11,768 nt of DNA. It comes from Candidatus Rokuibacteriota bacterium (GTDB lineage: Bacteria > Methylomirabilota > Methylomirabilia > Rokubacteriales > DASRDR01). Of this stretch, positions 8,034 through 11,768 are shown in pieces. The translations under genes were made by a program, and so were the position numbers. The notes beneath the pieces were generated by a model, which saw only the letters and a program-made list of their open reading frames with translations, was not told the DNA's origin and did no database searches. The DNA lies in the NCBI GenBank assembly GCA_044866005.1, contig JBIOTN010000022.1, positions 1 through 11,768 on the forward strand. Reading direction: 5' to 3'. Every line of letters begins with the position of its first letter. Within the stretch, counting starts at the first letter, position 1.

Positions 8034-9392
8034 CTAGACCTTGGGGAGGCCGGCCAGCGCCTCCTTCACCTTGTCCGCCGGATACTCGTAGTCCTCGAGC
8101 TTCCCGGCCAGGTACCGCTCGTAGGCCGCGAGGTCGAAGTGGCCGTGCCCGGAGAAGTTGAAGGCGATCACCTTCCGCTCTCCCGCCTGCTTGCACCGGA
8201 GCGCCTCGTCGATGACCACGCGGATCGCGTGCGCGGCTTCGGGCGCCGGCAGGAAGCCCTCCGCTTTCGCGAACATGAGCGCCGCCTCGAAGGTCGGGTT
8301 CTGGTGGACGGCGACCGCCTCGATGGCCTTCGCGTCGTAGAGCGCGCAGACGAGCGGCGCCGTCCCGTGATACCGGAGGCCGCCCGCGTGGATGGGCGCC
8401 GGGATGAAGGAGTGCCCGAGCGTGTACATCTTGACGAGCGGCGTCATCTGGCCGGTGTCGCCGAAATCGTAGACGTACGCGCCCTTGGTGAGGCTGGGAC
8501 ACGCGTGGGGCTCGACCGCGATCACGCGGAGGTCCGTGCGCTTCCCCCGGAGCTTGTCGGCGAGGAACGGGAAGGTGAAGCCGCCGAAGTTCGAGCCCCC
8601 GCCGATGCACCCCACGAGGATGTCCGGGCGCTCGCCCGCCTGCTCGAGCTGCTGCTGGGCCTCGAGCCCGATGACGGTCTGGTGCGTGAGGACGTGGTTG
8701 AGGACCGAGCCCAGCGAGTACTTCGTGTCCTCGCGGTGCAGGGCCTCCTCGACGGCTTCGGAGATCGCGAGGCCGAGGCTGCCCGGCGACTGGGGATCCT
8801 TGGCGAGCATGGCGCGTCCGGCCTGCGTGTCGGTCGAGGGGCTCGGGAGCACCTTCGCCCCCCACGTTTCCATCAAGAGCCGGCGGTACGGCTTCTGCTC
8901 GTAGGAGACCCGCACCATGTAGACCTTGCACTCCAGGCCGAAGGCCTGACAGGCGAAGGCCAGGGCCGAGCCCCACTGCCCGGCGCCCGTCTCGGTCGTG
9001 AGGCGGCGGACCCCCTCCTGACGGTTGTAGTAGGCCTGGGCGACCGCCGTGTTCGGCTTGTGGCTCCCCGCCGGCGAGACGCCCTCCCACTTGTAGTAGA
9101 TCCGCGCCGGCGTCTCGAGCAGGCGCTCGAGCCGGTGCGCTCGGTAGAGCGGCGTCGGCCGCCACAGCCGGTAGACGTCGCGCACGGGCTCCGGGATGTC
9201 GATCCAGCGCTCCTGGCTCACCTCCTGCCTGATGATCTCCATCGGGAAGAGCGGCGCCAGGTCCGGCGGCCCGATGGGGGCGAGGGTGCCGGGATGGATG
9301 ATCGGGGGAAGCGGCGCCGGGAGGTCCGCCTGGATGTTGTACCAGCGGCTCGGCAGGTCCTTCTCGTCCAGGACGAACTTGGTCTGCGGCAC
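8034..9392 (-). CDS. trpB2: Type 2 tryptophan synthase beta chain (TrpB2), PLP-dependent
   Basis: [10 protein letters not shown]-terminal extension, [17 protein letters not shown] (PLP Lys), [43 protein letters not shown] start with GAGGAGG Shine-Dalgarno; no trpA adjacent. Confidence 0.96.
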   Translation of the reverse strand: MPQTKFVLDEKDLPSRWYNIQADLPAPLPPIIHPGTLAPIGPPDLAPLFPMEIIRQEVSQERWIDIPEPVRDVYRLWRPTPLYRAHRLERLLETPARIYYKWEGVSPAGSHKPNTAVAQAYYNRQEGVRRLTTETGAGQWGSALAFACQAFGLECKVYMVRVSYEQKPYRRLLMETWGAKVLPSPSTDTQAGRAMLAKDPQSPGSLGLAISEAVEEALHREDTKYSLGSVLNHVLTHQTVIGLEAQQQLEQAGERPDILVGCIGGGSNFGGFTFPFLADKLRGKRTDLRVIAVEPHACPSLTKGAYVYDFGDTGQMTPLVKMYTLGHSFIPAPIHAGGLRYHGTAPLVCALYDAKAIEAVAVHQNPTFEAALMFAKAEGFLPAPEAAHAIRVVIDEALRCKQAGERKVIAFNFSGHGHFDLAAYERYLAGKLEDYEYPADKVKEALAGLPKV

Positions 9393-9447
9393 GGCGGGCC
9401 TCCTCGGCAGCGCGTCTTCGGCGACTCGGGCTGAACAGCGTGCTTGA

Positions 9448-9477
9448 ACTGTAGCCTTCGGCGAGCCGAAGTGTCAA
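9448..9477 (-). promoter_or_regulatory. Sigma70-type promoter for trpB2 and the downstream cluster
   Basis: Perfect -35 TTGACA (9477-9472), 18-nt spacer, -10 TACAGT (9453-9448), about 55 nt upstream of the trpB2 start. Confidence 0.7.
9456..9471. repeat. Inverted repeat CTTCGGC-GA-GCCGAAG inside the promoter spacer (candidate operator)
   Basis: Perfect 7-bp arms at 9456-9462 and 9465-9471, directly abutting the -35 box. Confidence 0.55.
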
Positions 9478-9527
9478 CCGCGCCGCGGACTTGGCTGAGA
9501 CCTACCTCGCGCCTCGCGTGGCCACGG

Positions 9528-9549
9528 CGCTGGTGACGCTGCGCCAGCG
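9528..9549 (-). terminator. GC-rich hairpin right after the HNH stop codon (possible terminator or stabiliser)
   Basis: CGCTGG (9528-9533) and CCAGCG (9544-9549) arms 1 nt beyond the stop at 9551; no U-tract. Confidence 0.3.
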
Positions 9550-9550
9550 G

Positions 9551-10921
9551 TCACCCGGTCTGCCCGGCAGCGGCCCGGGCTGGAGTCGGCTGGGCCGCGG
9601 GGTGCAGGAGCCCGATCGCCCAATCGACATCGAGGCGCTCGCCGGACCAGCTCGGGCAGCCGGTCCGTCCATCGATCGCGAGGCCGCGCGCCCGGTGCGC
9701 GGCAACCAGCGCGTCTGCCAGGTGGCCGGGCAGGGCTGGCAGCTCCGGAGCCTCGGGAATCGGCCGACCATCCGGCCTGCTGAACTCGAGCCAGCCGTCA
9801 GACCGTCGCTCGACCCGGTAGCCCTCCTCGTGGACGGCCCGGTGATGGCGACGGCAGAGGAGCGCCAGGTTCTCGAGCCGGGTCGGCCCCCCGTTGGCCC
9901 AGTGATGGATGTGATGGCCCTGGGCGTGGCGCACCCCGCAGCCCGGGAACCGACAGCCGTGATCCCGGTGCTGGAGTGCGCGCCGGAGCGCCGGCGGAAT
10001 CGTCCGCGTCCGGGCGCCGACCTCCAGGAGGCGCCCCTCGCCGTCCTGCCGCCTCACCACCCGCGTCGCGTCACACGCCAGGCGTCGCGACGTTTCCGCG
10101 GAAACGTGCGTGCCGTCCTCCAGGACCGACTGGCCGGGCTGGTCGGGGTTCGCCAGCGCCCCGGCGTCCACGTGGACCACGACCTGATACCGTTCGCCCG
10201 GGGCGCCGGGATCCAGCTCGTGGCGCAGCGCGCTCTCCGCCAGCAGCGCCAGGGCGTCCGCCCGCTGCTGGGCTGGGGTCGGGGGCTCCGCGGCCGGGTC
10301 CGCCGCGCCGGCCGGCATTGGGTGCGGGCGGCCCCGTGGATACAGGGCCTCGCCGGCGGCCTCGAGCGCCCGCAGGACGAGGACCCCCGCCTCCGGCTCG
10401 AGCCGCCCCCGCAGGACGACCATGCCGTCCTCGTCGGTGTACACGTGGAGCGATCGGCTCCCGTGCCGCTTGGCGGTCTCCTCGGCCTCGGCCAGGCGGT
10501 CCAGCCGCCGCCAGCCTCGCACGATCCGCTCGACCTGGGCCGCCGTGGCGGCCCGGGCCACCGCCAGGAGGCGCGCCTCGGTCTCCGGCGTGGCGATCCG
10601 GGTCAGCGCCCGCACCTTCGAGTAGGACACCTCCCCCCGGGCCAGCGCCCCGCCCAGGGCGGGCAGCGTCCCGAGGGCACGCGCCACGCGGACCCGCTCT
10701 CGGGCCGCCCCGAGGTCGAGCCCCACCCGCCAGCTCAGCCACTCCGCACAGGAGCGGCACCCGTTGGCCCAGCCGCCCCGGGCGTCGAACTCCCGGATCA
10801 GGTCGAGCAGGCGGGCGGTCGCCGCATCGAGGTGCGCCGACAGCTCGGCGATCTCGTCGCCCAGCCGGTCGAGGTCGTCCAGAGCTTGGTTAGCCGCAGC
10901 GCCCGGCGAGTGCCTCTCCAT
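9551..10921 (-). CDS. DUF222 (13E12-repeat-like) domain HNH endonuclease (456 aa)
   Basis: ATG at 10921 with GGGAGG 6 nt upstream. LGDEIAELSAH...FDARGGW...SCAEWLSWR...QRADAL...VVVHVD...RRLACDA; C-terminal RDHGCRFPGC...GHHIHHWANGGPT.L.NL.LLCRRHHRAVH (Zn-binding HNH). Confidence 0.92.
   Translation of the reverse strand: MERHSPGAAANQALDDLDRLGDEIAELSAHLDAATARLLDLIREFDARGGWANGCRSCAEWLSWRVGLDLGAARERVRVARALGTLPALGGALARGEVSYSKVRALTRIATPETEARLLAVARAATAAQVERIVRGWRRLDRLAEAEETAKRHGSRSLHVYTDEDGMVVLRGRLEPEAGVLVLRALEAAGEALYPRGRPHPMPAGAADPAAEPPTPAQQRADALALLAESALRHELDPGAPGERYQVVVHVDAGALANPDQPGQSVLEDGTHVSAETSRRLACDATRVVRRQDGEGRLLEVGARTRTIPPALRRALQHRDHGCRFPGCGVRHAQGHHIHHWANGGPTRLENLALLCRRHHRAVHEEGYRVERRSDGWLEFSRPDGRPIPEAPELPALPGHLADALVAAHRARGLAIDGRTGCPSWSGERLDVDWAIGLLHPAAQPTPARAAAGQTG
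10090..10107. repeat. Perfect 18-bp palindrome ACGTTTCCGCGGAAACGT inside the HNH gene
   Basis: Read directly; self-reverse-complementary with a GTTTC-N4-GAAAC core; encodes (H)VSAET. Confidence 0.9.
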
Positions 10922-11241
10922 GACGAGCCTCCCTTTCGCTCGACGCGACTCTACACCCCGTTCTGGGACGGGCCTGGAGGGCTCGAGGCCCGTGACTTCG
11001 TGGCCGGGAATGGTTTTCGGCTCGGCCCGGCTCGACCGCGCGTGGCCGGGTCGCTGCAAATCGCCAGGGCGGCGTTTACCAGGCGGCGCGGACAGCCCGT
11101 CAGGTCGCCCGGGTCAGCCTGTCAAGCGAAAAATGCATGTGCCGCCGCCGGTGAGCGAGCCCGAGCGTGAACGGCGGTAAAGGCCGGTCAGCGGCAGGCC
11201 GGCCGGCTGCGCGGGGCAGCGGAGCCTCGCCGGGCTCACGA

Positions 11242-11260
11242 AGCGCCGGCCTTCGGCGCT
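11242..11260 (-). terminator. Hairpin overlapping the original stop codon of the ICMT-like gene
   Basis: AGCGCCG (11242-11248) and CGGCGCT (11254-11260), 5-nt loop, weak U-tract. Confidence 0.35.
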
Positions 11261-11605
11261 AGACCCAACGCGGCACTCTGGCCTGGTAGTCCCGGTATGC
11301 CTGACCGAACCTCTGGCCGAGGTGGCGATATACATCGGGTTGCGGCTATACCGGAATGGCCCGGTCGTGACCAGTGCGGACGCGGCGCGATCGGGGCGAA
11401 TGGTCGTCCTGGCCTTGCGGAACTCGCGAATGCTGAGGCCACTGATCGTCAGCCCGACCAGAACCAGCGCTCCACCCAGCCAACCCGCGACGAAGCTGGA
11501 CAGAAGTCGCACCGGCACCGCTCGGTCGATCGCCACCCCCATGACGATCGTCGTCAGGTAGATCAGGGGTGGGGGCACTCGCACCCCGGGCGTGGCTGGG
11601 TCCAT
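11259..11605 (-). pseudogene. Isoprenylcysteine carboxylmethyltransferase/PEMT-family membrane methyltransferase with an out-of-frame internal deletion
   Basis: First frame: MDPATPGVRVPPPLIY...FRKARTTIRP...LVTTGPFRYSRNPMYIA (to 11324). A different frame from 11327 reads RHLGQRFGQAYRDYQARVPRWV* (TAG 11261-11259), the typical family C-terminus. The intervening transmembrane helices and EE motif are absent. Confidence 0.85.
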
Positions 11606-11630
11606 GGCGCGGGGCAGAGTCCCCTACAGT

Positions 11631-11768
11631 CTATCGAAGCGCCGGCAAGGCCTCGGCGGCGAAGCGCTCGATCTCGGCGAGGCGGTCGGGCCAGCGCGGG
11701 ACCATGAACTGGAGCGCCACGTGGGCCACGCCGACCCGCTGGAACGCGCGGAGCGCCTCTCCGACCTG
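11631..11768 (-). CDS. C-terminal fragment of a probable luciferase-like monooxygenase (LLM-class flavin/F420 oxidoreductase)
   Basis: Manual translation QVGEALRAFQRVGVAHVALQFMVPRWPDRLAEIERFAAEALPALR* (TAG 11633-11631); the G(V)xH...ERFAxExLP ending is typical of LLM proteins. Only 45 aa are visible. Confidence 0.65.
   Translation of the reverse strand, partial: QVGEALRAFQRVGVAHVALQFMVPRWPDRLAEIERFAAEALPALR

Noticed and set aside
10922..11059. Upstream TTG start giving a 502-aa HNH protein
   Set aside because: The ATG at 10921 has a strong GGGAGG SD and the family-like sequence begins just after it.
11097..11125. TTGACA at 11125-11120 as a complete sigma70 promoter for the HNH gene
   Set aside because: No credible -10 at 16-18 nt spacing (TGACGG); mentioned only as part of the leader.
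62..11170. Long plus-strand ORFs (62..1159, 2082..4097, 5689..6960, 7089..9434, 9491..11170 and others)
   Set aside because: Antisense shadows of well-supported minus-strand genes in high-GC DNA; no recognisable motifs.
9478..11330. HNH element inserted into and truncating the ICMT gene, or an IS with terminal inverted repeats and target duplication
   Set aside because: The ICMT C-terminus and stop lie contiguous at 11327-11259, so the lesion is an internal deletion. I found no terminal repeats, target duplication or transposase motifs by eye.
1..11768. CRISPR array, tRNA, rRNA or long tandem repeats
   Set aside because: None seen; the intergenic gaps are short and the short GC repeats are expected from composition.

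Overview
Very GC-rich bacterial DNA; style and gene families suggest a Rokubacteria/Methylomirabilota-like soil lineage (inference only). All credible genes are on the minus strand. In transcription order (right to left): the 3' end of a luciferase-like monooxygenase; an ICMT/PEMT-family methyltransferase pseudogene with an out-of-frame internal deletion; a DUF222-HNH endonuclease; then a near-consensus promoter and a tightly coupled run of trpB2, an acyl-CoA dehydrogenase, an SCP2-type thiolase, a CX5R phosphatase, a retropepsin-like protease fused to a DUF35 Zn-ribbon/OB-fold, a split B12-dependent acyl-CoA mutase, a SAM methyltransferase, a cupin and a family III CoA-transferase. Main observations: (1) the mutase keeps the carboxylate-binding Tyr/Arg but has a remodelled, apparently enlarged pocket, and the dehydrogenase lacks both canonical catalytic glutamates, together suggesting a substituted-succinate to substituted-malonyl-CoA to decarboxylating-oxidation pathway; (2) the DUF222-HNH gene contains a perfect 18-bp parS-like palindrome and encodes a segment resembling a ParB DNA-binding domain; (3) the protease-DUF35 fusion. 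All alignments were done by eye against remembered reference motifs; no searches were run.
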